Shown here piece by piece: positions 43,264 to 52,995 of a stretch of DNA of 64,000 nt. A model generated the notes under the pieces. That model did not search any database and was not told where the DNA came from. It saw only the letters and a list, made by a program, of their open reading frames with translations. The DNA is taken from positions 5,370-69,369 of the forward strand of contig JBDSHF010000028.1 in the NCBI GenBank assembly GCA_039918595.1. Reading direction: 5' to 3'. The translations under genes and the position numbers were made by a program. Numbering within the stretch: the first letter of the stretch is position 1; each line of letters begins with the position of its first letter. The stretch is from Thermoanaerobaculia bacterium (lineage in GTDB: Bacteria > Acidobacteriota > Thermoanaerobaculia > Multivoradales > UBA5704).

Positions 43264-45702
43264 TTACGTCCTCACACCCAGGAACAGATAGCCCGCGAGC
43301 AGCGAGAAGACCGCTCCAGGGCTCCAGACCGCCACGATCGGCGGCAGGGCGCCCGCCGCGCCGAGCTTGGTGAAGAAGGCGTAGATCGCCAGAAAGGCGA
43401 AGCCCAGGACCAGGGAGAGCCCGATGCCGTAGAGCGCCCCCTGCCGCCCGAGGCGGAAGGCGAAGGGGAGGGCGACCAGCGACATGATCAGCGAGGCCAC
43501 GGGCAGCGCGATTTTGTCCTCCAGCTCGACCTCCAACTCGGGGACCGACTGGCCGCTCTCCTTCAGCTCCTGAATGTACCCCTTGAGCTCGCCGTAGCGC
43601 ATCTGCTCCGGGGGGCGGATCTCGGAGTCGAAGTAGGCCGGCGTCTCGGGATAGCGGACGATCTTCGGCTCCTTGAACCGCGCGTAGCTGGTGACGTCCA
43701 CCCCTTTGAACGAGCGTGCCCAGCCGTTGTTGAACACCCAGGCGTCGCCGATGTAGTGGGCCTCCTCGGTGAAGAGGCGGCGCGTCAGCCGGTGCTGATC
43801 GTCGAAGTCGAACACCTGCAACCGCTGCAGACTCGCCCGCGCCGGGTCGTAGTGGGTGTAGTTGTAGATATACCGCCCTTGGCCGAAGAGCCACTGGCGA
43901 TCGGCGCGCCGGTAGGTGCGGGCGGTCTCCCGGCCGTGAATCTGGTCCTTGAGCTTCGCCACCTTCTCGTTCGAGGCCGGCAGGATCGCCGACTCCAGAT
44001 AGCCGCAGAAGAGGCTCACCAGCAGCGCCGAGAACACCGCCGGCAGAGCGATGCGGTAGAGGCTCAACCCCAGCGACTTGCAGGCGGTGATCTCGTTCGT
44101 CCGCGCCAGCAGGCTGAAGGTCAGCAGCGTCGAGACCAGGATCACGATCGGGGCGATCTCGTAGAACATTTGCAGCGACAGGTACTTGTAATAGCTCAGC
44201 AGCACCCCGGTAGCGACCTTGTTTTTCAGCAGCTCGTCGAAGTTCTCCGACAGGTCGAAGATGATGACGAGAGCGAGCCCGGAGAGGACGACCAGCACGA
44301 AGACCCAGCCGAACAGCCGCGCAACATAGCGGTCGAGGAGGTTCGGGAAGACGATTCGCAGGCGGGGGAGGAGGAACACCAGCCGCGGGATGCGGGCCTC
44401 GGTCTGCTTCTTCGGGCGCTCGGCCCTGCGGCGCTGCCGCTCCGCCCTGAGCTCCCGCCGCCGTTCCCGGCGGATCCCCTTGAGGGCCTGGATCCCCCCC
44501 CAGACGTCCTCCCGGATCCAGCGGTCGATGCGGGTCAGCAGCAGGCTCTTGTCCCGGTTGCGCCGGATCAGGAGGAAGACTCCGAGGGTTGCCAGCAGGA
44601 TGTTCGGCGACCACATCGCCAGCCAGGCCGGGATCTTGCCGAAGCGCGCCGCTTCCTCGCCGTTGTTGAGCAGAACGTAGTAGACGATCAGGATGGCGAT
44701 CGACAGCGCGAAGCCGGAAGCCTTGCCGCCGCGGCGGTTGTTGATCCCCAGCGGCAGGGCGAAGAGCCCGAAGACCATGCAGGCGACCGGGATCGCGAAC
44801 TTCTTGTGGATCTCGACCCGGGCGAGGTTGCGCTGCTCGGAGTCGGTCGCGGAGTCGCGCTCGAGGTCGCGGAGCTCCCGGAGGTTAAGCTCGCGAATCC
44901 CCTTGGACGCCGAGATCTTGGCCTTCTGCCCGGTGGTGAACTGGTCGTCGAGGACGAGGTCGAGCCGCCGGTGGCGGCTGATCTCATAGCGGTCGGGGGA
45001 GTAGAGGTCCACCTTCTGCTGGATGGCGTTGTACAGCCGCAGGACCACCCGTTCGCCGGCCTGGTCGACCAGGATCTCCCCCCAGTCCGCGGTGGTGATC
45101 TGATTCCGCTCGCTCGACGGGATCGACTCGGCGAGGAAGACCCCCTTCCATCGTTTGCCGCCGGGGGGGACCTCGAAGACATAGACGACCTTGCCCTCCC
45201 ATTCCTCGTAGAACACCCGCGGCTCGACCTGCTGCGACACCGTCTGGGTGGTGATCTCGAGCCGCAGTTCCTGGAGGGAATGGTTGCCCCAGGGGAGCAC
45301 GTAGATCATCAGCAGCGCGTTGAGGACGGTCAGCACCCCGGAGAGCAGCAGGATGGGCCGGTAGAGGGTCAGCAGGCTCACCCCCGAGGCCCGCATGGCG
45401 ATCAGCTCGCTGTCGGACGACAGCCGGCCGACCGCGATCAGGGTGCCGAACAGGAGCGACATCGGGAGGGTGAGGACGACGATGTTTGGCAGGGTCAGCA
45501 GCAGGAGCCGGCCGACGATCGACACCGGCAGTCCGCGGCGGATGATCATCTCGGCGGACGCGAAGAGAAAGCGCAGGAGCAGGATGAAGGTATAGACCAG
45601 GAACCCCAGCCCGAGGGGGCCGAGGATCTCCGTCATCAGGTAGCGATCGAGCTTCCGCACGGGCGTCACTATACCTTGGGAAAGATATAGTGGGACAGCC
45701 AT
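43264..45702 (-). CDS. lptFG: fused LptF-LptG type LPS export permease (two YjgP/YjgQ modules)
   Basis: N-half LDRYLMTEILGPLGLGF.... Arg-rich linker RRERRRELRAERQRRRAE. C-half LLDRYVARLFGWVFVLV.... True start may be the GTG near 45660. Confidence 0.7.
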   Translation of the reverse strand: MAVPLYLSQGIVTPVRKLDRYLMTEILGPLGLGFLVYTFILLLRFLFASAEMIIRRGLPVSIVGRLLLLTLPNIVVLTLPMSLLFGTLIAVGRLSSDSELIAMRASGVSLLTLYRPILLLSGVLTVLNALLMIYVLPWGNHSLQELRLEITTQTVSQQVEPRVFYEEWEGKVVYVFEVPPGGKRWKGVFLAESIPSSERNQITTADWGEILVDQAGERVVLRLYNAIQQKVDLYSPDRYEISRHRRLDLVLDDQFTTGQKAKISASKGIRELNLRELRDLERDSATDSEQRNLARVEIHKKFAIPVACMVFGLFALPLGINNRRGGKASGFALSIAILIVYYVLLNNGEEAARFGKIPAWLAMWSPNILLATLGVFLLIRRNRDKSLLLTRIDRWIREDVWGGIQALKGIRRERRRELRAERQRRRAERPKKQTEARIPRLVFLLPRLRIVFPNLLDRYVARLFGWVFVLVVLSGLALVIIFDLSENFDELLKNKVATGVLLSYYKYLSLQMFYEIAPIVILVSTLLTFSLLARTNEITACKSLGLSLYRIALPAVFSALLVSLFCGYLESAILPASNEKVAKLKDQIHGRETARTYRRADRQWLFGQGRYIYNYTHYDPARASLQRLQVFDFDDQHRLTRRLFTEEAHYIGDAWVFNNGWARSFKGVDVTSYARFKEPKIVRYPETPAYFDSEIRPPEQMRYGELKGYIQELKESGQSVPELEVELEDKIALPVASLIMSLVALPFAFRLGRQGALYGIGLSLVLGFAFLAIYAFFTKLGAAGALPPIVAVWSPGAVFSLLAGYLFLGVRT

Positions 45703-46120
45703 GAAGATCGCCCTCGAACGCCGCTATCGATTCAGCGCCAGCCACCTGTACCGCCGCCCGGATTGGAGCGAGGCCGAGAACCGGACCCGCTTCGGCAAAT
45801 GCGCCAACCTGCCGGGGCACGGCCACAACTACCGCCTGTACGTCACCGTGGGCGGGGAGATCGACCCGGCCACCGGCTTCGTGGTCGACCTCGGCGCGCT
45901 CGATGCGCTGGTCCAGGAGCGCGTCGTCGAGCGGCTCGACCATCAGCACCTCAACGCCGCGCTGCCGGAATTCGGAGCCGGGGGAGCGATCCCTTCCAGC
46001 GAGAATCTCGTCCGCTGGATCTACGAGCAGCTCGCGGACCGGCTGCCGTCCGGCAGCCACCTGGCAAAGCTCCGCCTCGAAGAAGACGAAGACCTCGCCG
46101 CCGAGTGGACCGCCGGCTGA
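45701..46120 (+). CDS. queD: 6-carboxytetrahydropterin synthase
   Basis: YRFSASHLY...CANLPGHGHNYRLYVTVGGEIDPATGFVVDL. Confidence 0.85.
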   Translation: MKIALERRYRFSASHLYRRPDWSEAENRTRFGKCANLPGHGHNYRLYVTVGGEIDPATGFVVDLGALDALVQERVVERLDHQHLNAALPEFGAGGAIPSSENLVRWIYEQLADRLPSGSHLAKLRLEEDEDLAAEWTAG

Positions 46121-46207
46121 GAAGCCGATGGCCAAATGCCGGCTCGGTCGCGGCCGTATATTAACATAATACACCTTATCGGCTTTTTGTGTGTGGCGGG
46201 GAAACCC

Positions 46208-46309
46208 CGGACGAACAGGGACGGACAAGGACGGACAAGGACTAACAGGACAATCAGAGACTCCAGGATCTGGCGTCCCTGATCGTCCTTGTTAGTCCCT
46301 GTTCGTCCG
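46208..46309. repeat. long imperfect inverted repeat containing a tandem 10-mer (GGACAAGGAC x2)
   Basis: CGGACGAACAGGGAC (46208-22) is mirrored by GTCCCTGTTCGTCCG (46295-309). Inner arms TAACAGGACAATCAG / CTGATCGTCCTTGTTA. Lies between convergent queD and parB. Confidence 0.6.
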
Positions 46310-46317
46310 TGATTTTC

Positions 46318-47205
46318 TTAGGAGGGGTTCTGGCGCAGATCCGCCAGGATCTGTTCGAGGGCTCTGATCAGGTCTTCGGGATCGACCTCGCTCTGCCGGA
46401 AGCTCAGCGACAGACTGAACGTCCGGTCCGGCGCCTTGAAGCGGAAGACGTACGGCTTGCGGCGGCCGGACTTGCCCCCCTTGTCGCCGCGCCGCAGGCG
46501 CTGGCGGAGGTCGTCTCGGTTGAGGCCGCGGCGGGCCACCTCTTCCAGGAGGTCGATCATCTCCCCCTCGCTGCCAGCCTTCAGCACCTCCAGCAGCAGC
46601 GACTTTGAAGTGATCCCCAGCGCCTGGACGGTGTCGCGTACCCGTGGCGGCATCTGCAGCAGCGACAGGCTTTCGGTGACCACCGTGCGTGATTTGCCGA
46701 CCGAGTCCGAGATCTCCTCGTGGGTGTAGCCATGGCTTTCGGCGAGCATCCGGTACCCCTCGGCCTCCTCGAACGGGGTCAGATCCTTGCGCTGGAGATT
46801 CTCGATCAGGGCGATCTCAAGCGCTTCCTCGTCGGTTACGTCCATCTCGATCGCCGGCACCTCGTACAATCCAGCTTCCTGAGCCGCGCGGTAGCGCCGC
46901 TCGCCGGAGATGATCCGGTACAGGATGCCGCTGCCGGCTTCAATCGCTCCGAGATCGCCGCCCGGCGGCCAGGGGCGGACCAGGATCGGCTCCAGAATTC
47001 CTTTGTCACGAATGGAAGCTACGAGGTCGTCCAGATCGCCCATGGTCGAGCGCGGCTGCTTCGGGTCGGGCTCGATGGCGGACAGGGGGATCATCTTCCC
47101 CACCGGTGTCTCGTGACGCGCCGTGAGCTCCTCGACGAAGTGGGTGTCGTGACGCATCTTGACGCGCATGGGAAGGCCACCACGCTTGCGGACCGGTTCA
47201 GACAC
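46318..47205 (-). CDS. parB: chromosome partitioning protein ParB
   Basis: ILEPILVRP...YRIISGERRYRAAQEAGLYEVPAI. Confidence 0.9.
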   Translation of the reverse strand: MSEPVRKRGGLPMRVKMRHDTHFVEELTARHETPVGKMIPLSAIEPDPKQPRSTMGDLDDLVASIRDKGILEPILVRPWPPGGDLGAIEAGSGILYRIISGERRYRAAQEAGLYEVPAIEMDVTDEEALEIALIENLQRKDLTPFEEAEGYRMLAESHGYTHEEISDSVGKSRTVVTESLSLLQMPPRVRDTVQALGITSKSLLLEVLKAGSEGEMIDLLEEVARRGLNRDDLRQRLRRGDKGGKSGRRKPYVFRFKAPDRTFSLSLSFRQSEVDPEDLIRALEQILADLRQNPS

Positions 47206-47956
47206 GGCTCAACACCTCCTCCGAAAGACGATAGTACTCATAGGCTCCCGTCGACCTGGGCGCGAAGGTGAAGATCGACTCCCGATAGGCCGGGCTCTCC
47301 TCCAGCCGCACGCTCTTGGTGATCACCGTCTCGAAAACCTTGACGCCGAACACCCGCTGGATCTGCTCGTAGATGTCCTTGGCCAGCAGGGTCCGCTTGT
47401 CGTACATCGTGATCAGGGCCCCCAGGATCTGGAGCTGGGGGTTGGCCCGCACCTTGATCTTGTCGATCGTCTCCAGGAGATCGTCCGTTCCCTCCAGGGC
47501 GAAGTAGCTCGCCTGGATCGGGATCAGGACATGGGTTGCCGCTACCAGGGCATTCACCGTGATGATCCCCAGGGTCGGCGGCGTGTCGATGATGACGTAA
47601 TCGAAGTCGTCCTGGATGCGCTGGAGCTCGTCCTTCAGCCGGTAGTGGCTGTCCAGCTCGCCGATGAGCTTCGCCTCGACCTTGGCCAGGGCGATCGTCG
47701 AAGGGGCGATGTAGAGGTTTTCAATCTTCTCCGCCGGCCTGAGGATGTCCGAGAGGTGGACCTGATCATCGGTCAGGGCGTCGTAGATCGACATCCGTAG
47801 ATCGTGGATGTCGAGATAGGACATGGAGCTGTTGGCCTGGGGATCGAGATCCACCAGAAGCGTCTTCCTCCCCTTGCTGGCGAGGGCCGCGGCGAGGTTG
47901 ATGGCGGTGGTGGTCTTGCCGACTCCACCCTTCTGATTGGTGATGGCAATGATCAT
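47198..47956 (-). CDS. parA: chromosome partitioning ATPase ParA/Soj
   Basis: MIIAITNQKGGVGKTTTAINLAAALA. Confidence 0.9.
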   Translation of the reverse strand: MIIAITNQKGGVGKTTTAINLAAALASKGRKTLLVDLDPQANSSMSYLDIHDLRMSIYDALTDDQVHLSDILRPAEKIENLYIAPSTIALAKVEAKLIGELDSHYRLKDELQRIQDDFDYVIIDTPPTLGIITVNALVAATHVLIPIQASYFALEGTDDLLETIDKIKVRANPQLQILGALITMYDKRTLLAKDIYEQIQRVFGVKVFETVITKSVRLEESPAYRESIFTFAPRSTGAYEYYRLSEEVLSRV

Positions 47957-48011
47957 AGGAGGGGGGCAGTCTAAGGAAAGGCTCCGACCAGGTCAAGCGA
48001 GCACCGGCGCG

Positions 48012-48029
48012 ATGTCGGCGCGCCGACAT
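48012..48029. promoter_or_regulatory. perfect 18-bp palindrome ATGTCGGCGCGCCGACAT upstream of parA
   Basis: 56 nt upstream of the parA start. The same 16-bp core plus the TGCGGG flank recurs at 62998-63019. Confidence 0.4.
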
Positions 48030-48080
48030 TGCGGGTAAATGCATGATTTTTCGAGAGTTCCGGCCGCGGACGCCCCCTCA

Positions 48081-48581
48081 TCACATGGTCCACTTGCCGA
48101 GATCGTCGGGGCTGATCTCCTCGAGCCATTTCTTGAGCTTCTCTTCGTCGGTCGCGTCGGTCACGAGATCGACCGCCTGGGCCTTGTCGAGCACGGAGCG
48201 CAGGACGAAGATCGGCGAGCCGGTCCGCAGGGCGAGGGCAATGGCGTCGCTCGGCCGGGCATCGACGGTCGTGGCGCGCTCCTGGTTACGGATATGGATC
48301 ATGGCGAAGAAGGTGCTCTCCCGCAGGTCGGAGATCACGATCTTCTCGACCTGGCCGCCGAGCTGCTCGAGCAGCGAGCGCAGCAGGTCGTGGGTCATCG
48401 GCCGGGGGGGTTCCACTCCCTCGATGCGAAGCGCGATGGCGTTCGCCTCGAAGACGCCGATCCAGATCGGCAGGAACAACTGACTCCCGATGTCCCGGAG
48501 AATGACGATCGGGACGTTCGACGAGGGGTCCAGCATCAACCCCTTCACTTCCACCTGGAGCTCTTCGTTTGGGTTGCTCAT
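48081..48581 (-). CDS. DUF151 bifunctional nuclease family protein
   Basis: LPIWIGVFEANAIALRIEGVEPPRPMTHDLL...ARPSDAIALALR. Confidence 0.75.
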   Translation of the reverse strand: MSNPNEELQVEVKGLMLDPSSNVPIVILRDIGSQLFLPIWIGVFEANAIALRIEGVEPPRPMTHDLLRSLLEQLGGQVEKIVISDLRESTFFAMIHIRNQERATTVDARPSDAIALALRTGSPIFVLRSVLDKAQAVDLVTDATDEEKLKKWLEEISPDDLGKWTM

Positions 48582-48625
48582 GCCCTATTCTGGGCGCGGG
48601 CAACGGGGCAGGTCAAGGACGGATT

Positions 48626-49966
48626 TCAGGAGGGGGCGAGGACTGGAACCGGCAGGCGCCGGCCGAGCAGGCTGTGTGGCAGAGCGGTCTCCACTTGGAC
48701 GCGGGTGACGCTGCCCAGGAGCGCCGGCTCGGGGCCGGTCGCGAAGTGGACCACGCGGTGGCAGGGGGTACGGCCGGTCTGGGTCCCCGGCTGCTTCCCC
48801 CACCCCGTCACGATCACCTCGAGCTCCTCCCCCACCAGCTCCCGGTTGATCTCTTCCTGGATCCCGTTCTGAAGCTGGAAGAGGCGCTGCAGCCGCTCGG
48901 AGGCGACCTCCGGTTGGACCGGGTCGCTCAGGCGCGGCGCCGCGGTGCCCGGCCGCGGCGAGTACATGAAGGCGTACATCGCGGCGAAGCGCACCTCGCG
49001 CACCAGCTCGAGGGTGCTCTCGAAGTCTTCTTCCGTCTCGCCCGGAAAGCCGACGATGAGATCGGTCGAGAGCGCCAGGTCGGGCCGCGCCCGGCGGAGC
49101 TGCCCGACGAGGTCGAGATACTCGCCACGGGTATAGCCGCGCCCCATGCGGCGCAGCACGCGGTCGGAGCCGGACTGCACGGGCAGATGCAGGTAGGGGC
49201 AGATGTTGGAGTGGCGCCCGATCTGCTCCACCATTCGCGGCGTGAAGTCGCGCGGATAGGAGGTGACGAAGCGCAGCCGCTGTACGCCCGGCATGCGGGC
49301 GATCTGGTCGAGAAGGTCGGCGAAGTCCCAGTCCCCCTCCGGCTCGCGCCAGTGGTTGACGGTCTGGCCCAGCAGCTCGATCTCCTGGAAGCCGTAGTCG
49401 AGGAGGTGCCGGACCTCGCGCAGGATTTCGGCGCTCGGCCGGCTCCGCTCGGGGCCGCGGGTCTTGGGGACGATGCAGAAGGTGCAGTTCTTGTTGCACC
49501 CTTCGATGATCGTCACCATCCCCTTGTACTCCCCGGCCCGGGAAACCGCGTCGATGTCGTACTGGCGGTTCTCCGGGAAGCCGGTCGCCACCACCCGCTC
49601 CCCCGCCCGGCGGCGCGCCACCACATCCTGCAGCTCGCCGACGCGCGCCGGCCCGAGCACGAAGTCGAGATCCGGCACCCGCTCGAGAGCTTTCTCCCCC
49701 TCCTGCTGGGCGACGCAGCCGCAGAGGCCGATCAGCAAGTCGCCGCGATTCCGCTTGAGCTGCCGGTACTCCCCCAGCCGCGAGTAGACCTTCTGCGCCG
49801 CTTTCTCGCGCACGCTGCAGGAGTTGAGAAGGATGATGTCCGCCTCTTCCGGCTCGCGGGTGGGGAGGATTCCCTGCTGCATGAGCTGACCCGCCATGCG
49901 CTGGGTATCCAGCTCGTTCATCTGGCAGCCCCAGGTCTCGATGAAGAAGCGGCGGGGGGGATTCAT
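48626..49966 (-). CDS. miaB: tRNA-i6A37 methylthiotransferase
   Basis: FIETWGCQMNELDTQ, radical-SAM CNKNCTFC, TRAM-like C-terminus. Confidence 0.9.
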   Translation of the reverse strand: MNPPRRFFIETWGCQMNELDTQRMAGQLMQQGILPTREPEEADIILLNSCSVREKAAQKVYSRLGEYRQLKRNRGDLLIGLCGCVAQQEGEKALERVPDLDFVLGPARVGELQDVVARRRAGERVVATGFPENRQYDIDAVSRAGEYKGMVTIIEGCNKNCTFCIVPKTRGPERSRPSAEILREVRHLLDYGFQEIELLGQTVNHWREPEGDWDFADLLDQIARMPGVQRLRFVTSYPRDFTPRMVEQIGRHSNICPYLHLPVQSGSDRVLRRMGRGYTRGEYLDLVGQLRRARPDLALSTDLIVGFPGETEEDFESTLELVREVRFAAMYAFMYSPRPGTAAPRLSDPVQPEVASERLQRLFQLQNGIQEEINRELVGEELEVIVTGWGKQPGTQTGRTPCHRVVHFATGPEPALLGSVTRVQVETALPHSLLGRRLPVPVLAPS

Positions 49967-50853
49967 CAGCGGCCTCGAAGGCTCGGAGGTGGGGACTTGA
50001 TGCTGTCGTTCTCGATCACCGGCGGCTCGATCGACTGCAGGGCCGGCACCGGCTCTTTCCGCTTGCCGCTCTCGTCCGCGGGCTCCTCTTCAGACCCTTC
50101 GTCCAGCCAGCCGGGCTGGGCGCCGGCGGCCCGCCCCTCCTCGAGGAACTTGGCGAGGTCCCGGCGGGCGGTGTCGACGTCGAGCCGCGCCTGCCGCAGA
50201 CGGTCGAGAACCCGGTCCCAATCCGGCTTGACCTGGGTGTCGCGCAGGAAGGTATCGGTCTCGCCGTAGAACTTCTGGCGCAGCTCGGCGGACTTCCGCT
50301 CCAGCTCCTTGACCTCGTCGGCCACGTGGCGCCAGCTCTCGCGGAGCTGGCGAGCCCGGCTGCGCCAGTGCTGCTCGTCGCGGGCTTCGGCCTCGGCGGC
50401 CGCGACCAGCGGGCTCGCCGTTTTGGTCTTGTTCTTGTCTTTCTTCGTGTCGGCGATGGTGATCTGCCCCTTGCTCGCGTACCTGGGCAAGGTTTTGTCG
50501 TTGATCACCACGCTCGATTTCTTGCCGGCGCCGGCGCGCCGCTGCCGTTCGGCGTGAGCGGCTTCGAACAGGGTGGCCGGCGCCAAGGCGGCGTCCTCCA
50601 CACCGGCATCGACGACCACCGGCGCGGCGTCCCCCGTCTTCTCGCGCGCGGCGGCGATCTCGACCGGTGCCGGAGCCTGGGGCGGCGCGTCGGCGGTGGC
50701 GGCGGGAGCCGGCTGCTCTTTCGGCGCCTCAGGGGCCTTGGAACGGGTGACCGGCTGGGGGGCGCTACGGCATCCCGCGATGCTGAGCGTGACGCCCAGG
50801 GCCAGGAGGGCCGCGATCAACAGGGCGATGCGGAACGATCTAAGCTCGGCCAT
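49966..50853 (-). CDS. lipoprotein with coiled-coil region
   Basis: Lipobox LSIAGC after a hydrophobic leader. Ala/Pro-rich, then a charged helical region. Confidence 0.55.
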   Translation of the reverse strand: MAELRSFRIALLIAALLALGVTLSIAGCRSAPQPVTRSKAPEAPKEQPAPAATADAPPQAPAPVEIAAAREKTGDAAPVVVDAGVEDAALAPATLFEAAHAERQRRAGAGKKSSVVINDKTLPRYASKGQITIADTKKDKNKTKTASPLVAAAEAEARDEQHWRSRARQLRESWRHVADEVKELERKSAELRQKFYGETDTFLRDTQVKPDWDRVLDRLRQARLDVDTARRDLAKFLEEGRAAGAQPGWLDEGSEEEPADESGKRKEPVPALQSIEPPVIENDSIKSPPPSLRGR

Positions 50854-51193
50854 AACGATCCTCGAGTCTCACCACGTCGTCGAGCTCCGGGGTGGAGACC
50901 TCGATGATGTCGCAGCCGTTCTCGCCCGCGACCATCCGGTGCTTGGTTCCGGGCGTGATGCGGTAGGAATCCCCGCCGCGGAGGACGGTGCTGACCAGCG
51001 CGCCCTCCTCCTCCACCACCAGCTCCACCTCCCCCTCGGAGAGGTAGAGGGTCTCGTCCTTGATCTCATGGTACTGAAGCGAGAGCGCCTCTCCGGCGTT
51101 GACGTGCAGGATCTTTCCGACGTAGCGGTCGGTATGGGCGAAGATCAGCTCGTAGCCCCAGGGCTTCTCCACTCGGCGAATCGGCAAACGCAT
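50840..51193 (-). CDS. cupin-domain protein (type II phosphomannose isomerase-like)
   Basis: Start at MRLPIRRVEKPWGYE (ATG at 51193). GEALSLQYHEIKDETLYLSEG...TKHRM. The rest of track ORF 50840..52669 is antisense noise over ptsI. Confidence 0.6.
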   Translation of the reverse strand: MRLPIRRVEKPWGYELIFAHTDRYVGKILHVNAGEALSLQYHEIKDETLYLSEGEVELVVEEEGALVSTVLRGGDSYRITPGTKHRMVAGENGCDIIEVSTPELDDVVRLEDRYGRA

Positions 51194-51219
51194 TGCAAGT
51201 CCCTCTCGGAAGTCGATTT

Positions 51220-52995
51220 CTAGACGCCGGATGCGCTCACCCGCAAGGGTAGGGAGCACTCGAAGTAACGGCTCATGTGGCGCTCCACCTCGGCGGCGGT
51301 GCTGTGCTCCATGCACCCCTCGACGAGCTCGGCCAAGCCGGACGCGGTCGCCTCGCGGAGCCAGCTCTTGACCTCGGGGATCTGGCGCGGGCTCATCGAG
51401 AGGCGCCGCAGCCCCAGGCCCACCAGCAGCAGCGCGAAGCGCGGATCCGCGGCCATCTCGCCGCAGAGCCCCACCTCGATTCCCGCCGCTCGAGCGCTGT
51501 CGATGACAAAGCGTAACATGCGCAGAATCGCCGGATGCAGCGGCTGATAGAGGCTCGCCACGTGCTCGTTGTTGCGGTCGACCGCCATCGAGTACTGGAT
51601 GAGGTCGTTGGTGCCGATCGAGAAGAAGTCGACCTCGCGCGCCAGGATGTCGGCGATGACGGCGGCGGCGGGGACCTCGATCATGACGCCGAGCCGCACG
51701 TCGCGGCGGAAGGGCAGCCCCTCCCGCTCGAGCTCGGCCATGACCTCGTCGGCGAAGGCGCGGAACTGCCGCACCTCCTCGACGGTGCTCACCAGCGGCA
51801 GCATGATCCAGAGATTGCCGTACAGCCCGGCGCGATAGAGCGCCCGGATCTGGCTGCGGAAGACCTCCGGACGCGCCAGGGTCAGGCGGATGCCGCGCAG
51901 CCCCAGGACCGGGTTCTCCTCGCGCGTCGCCATCATCTCGCGCGCCAGCTTGCGCCCTCCCAGATCGTAGGTGCGGATGATCGCCGGGTGGGGCGCCGCG
52001 AACTCGACCAGGCGGCGGTAGATCTGGACGTGCTCCTCCTCGGTCGGCATCTGCGGGCTCTTCTCGATGTAGAGGAACTCGCTGCGGTAGAGGCCGACGC
52101 CGGCGGCGCCGAACATCGGCACCTCGTCGACCTCCTCGGGGAGGTCGATGTTGGCCATGAGCTGGACCTCGACCCCGTCCCGGGTCACCGCCGCGAGCTC
52201 GGCGGTCGCCAGCAGGTCGCGATCGCGGAGCTCGATCTCGATCTTGCGCTTGCGGTACTGCTGGAGCACCTCTTCGGTGGGATAGAGGATCACCGAGCCG
52301 GTCTCGCCGTCGACGATGATCGGGGCCTCGTCGCGCATCATGCTCATCACCCCCACCAGGCCGGCCACGGCCGGGATGTTGAGGGAACGGGCGATGATCG
52401 TGGTGTGCGAGGTCCGGCCGCCGGAGCCGATGGCGAAGCCGATCACCCGTTCGCGGCCGAGACGGATGGCGTCGGAGGGGGTGAGGTCGTCGGCCACGAT
52501 GACGATGTCCGCCGGCAACTCGGAGAGATCGTGATGGGCGATCCCCTGCAGGCTGCGCAGCAGGTGGCGGCTGACGTCGGTCAGATCCTCGCTGCGCTCG
52601 CGGATGTAAGGGTCGTCCATGTGCGCGAAGCGGTGGTCGAGCTCCTCGGCGGTCTTGTGCACCGCCCACTCGGCATTGACCTGCTGGGTGCGGATCCGCT
52701 CCTCCACCCGGCCCAGGAACTTGACGTCCGAAAGCAGGAGGACATGGGCGTCGAAGATGGCGGCGAGGTCGTTGCCAAGGTCTTCCTCGGCCCGCGCGCG
52801 CAGGCGCTGCAGCTCGCCGCGGGCATGGCGGGCCCCCTCGCGCAGGCGGGCGACCTCCCCTTCCACCTGGGATTCGGGAATGTGGAGGCGGAAGACCTCC
52901 GGGCCGCGGGTCTCCAGACAGACGGCGCGGCCGATGGCGATGCCGTCGGAGACCCCCATTCCCTGTAGGACCTGCATCGGCTCGGCTGCCCGCAT
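51220..52995 (-). CDS. ptsI: phosphoenolpyruvate-protein phosphotransferase (Enzyme I)
   Basis: GGRTSHTTIIARSLNIPAV, FFSIGTNDLIQY, GLCGEMA. Confidence 0.9.
   Translation of the reverse strand: MRAAEPMQVLQGMGVSDGIAIGRAVCLETRGPEVFRLHIPESQVEGEVARLREGARHARGELQRLRARAEEDLGNDLAAIFDAHVLLLSDVKFLGRVEERIRTQQVNAEWAVHKTAEELDHRFAHMDDPYIRERSEDLTDVSRHLLRSLQGIAHHDLSELPADIVIVADDLTPSDAIRLGRERVIGFAIGSGGRTSHTTIIARSLNIPAVAGLVGVMSMMRDEAPIIVDGETGSVILYPTEEVLQQYRKRKIEIELRDRDLLATAELAAVTRDGVEVQLMANIDLPEEVDEVPMFGAAGVGLYRSEFLYIEKSPQMPTEEEHVQIYRRLVEFAAPHPAIIRTYDLGGRKLAREMMATREENPVLGLRGIRLTLARPEVFRSQIRALYRAGLYGNLWIMLPLVSTVEEVRQFRAFADEVMAELEREGLPFRRDVRLGVMIEVPAAAVIADILAREVDFFSIGTNDLIQYSMAVDRNNEHVASLYQPLHPAILRMLRFVIDSARAAGIEVGLCGEMAADPRFALLLVGLGLRRLSMSPRQIPEVKSWLREATASGLAELVEGCMEHSTAAEVERHMSRYFECSLPLRVSASGV

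Noticed and set aside
46221-46240. Tandem GGACAAGGAC copies as a possible CRISPR or minisatellite.
   Set aside because: There are only two 10-nt copies with no spacers. They are an expansion inside one arm of the inverted repeat at 46208-46309.
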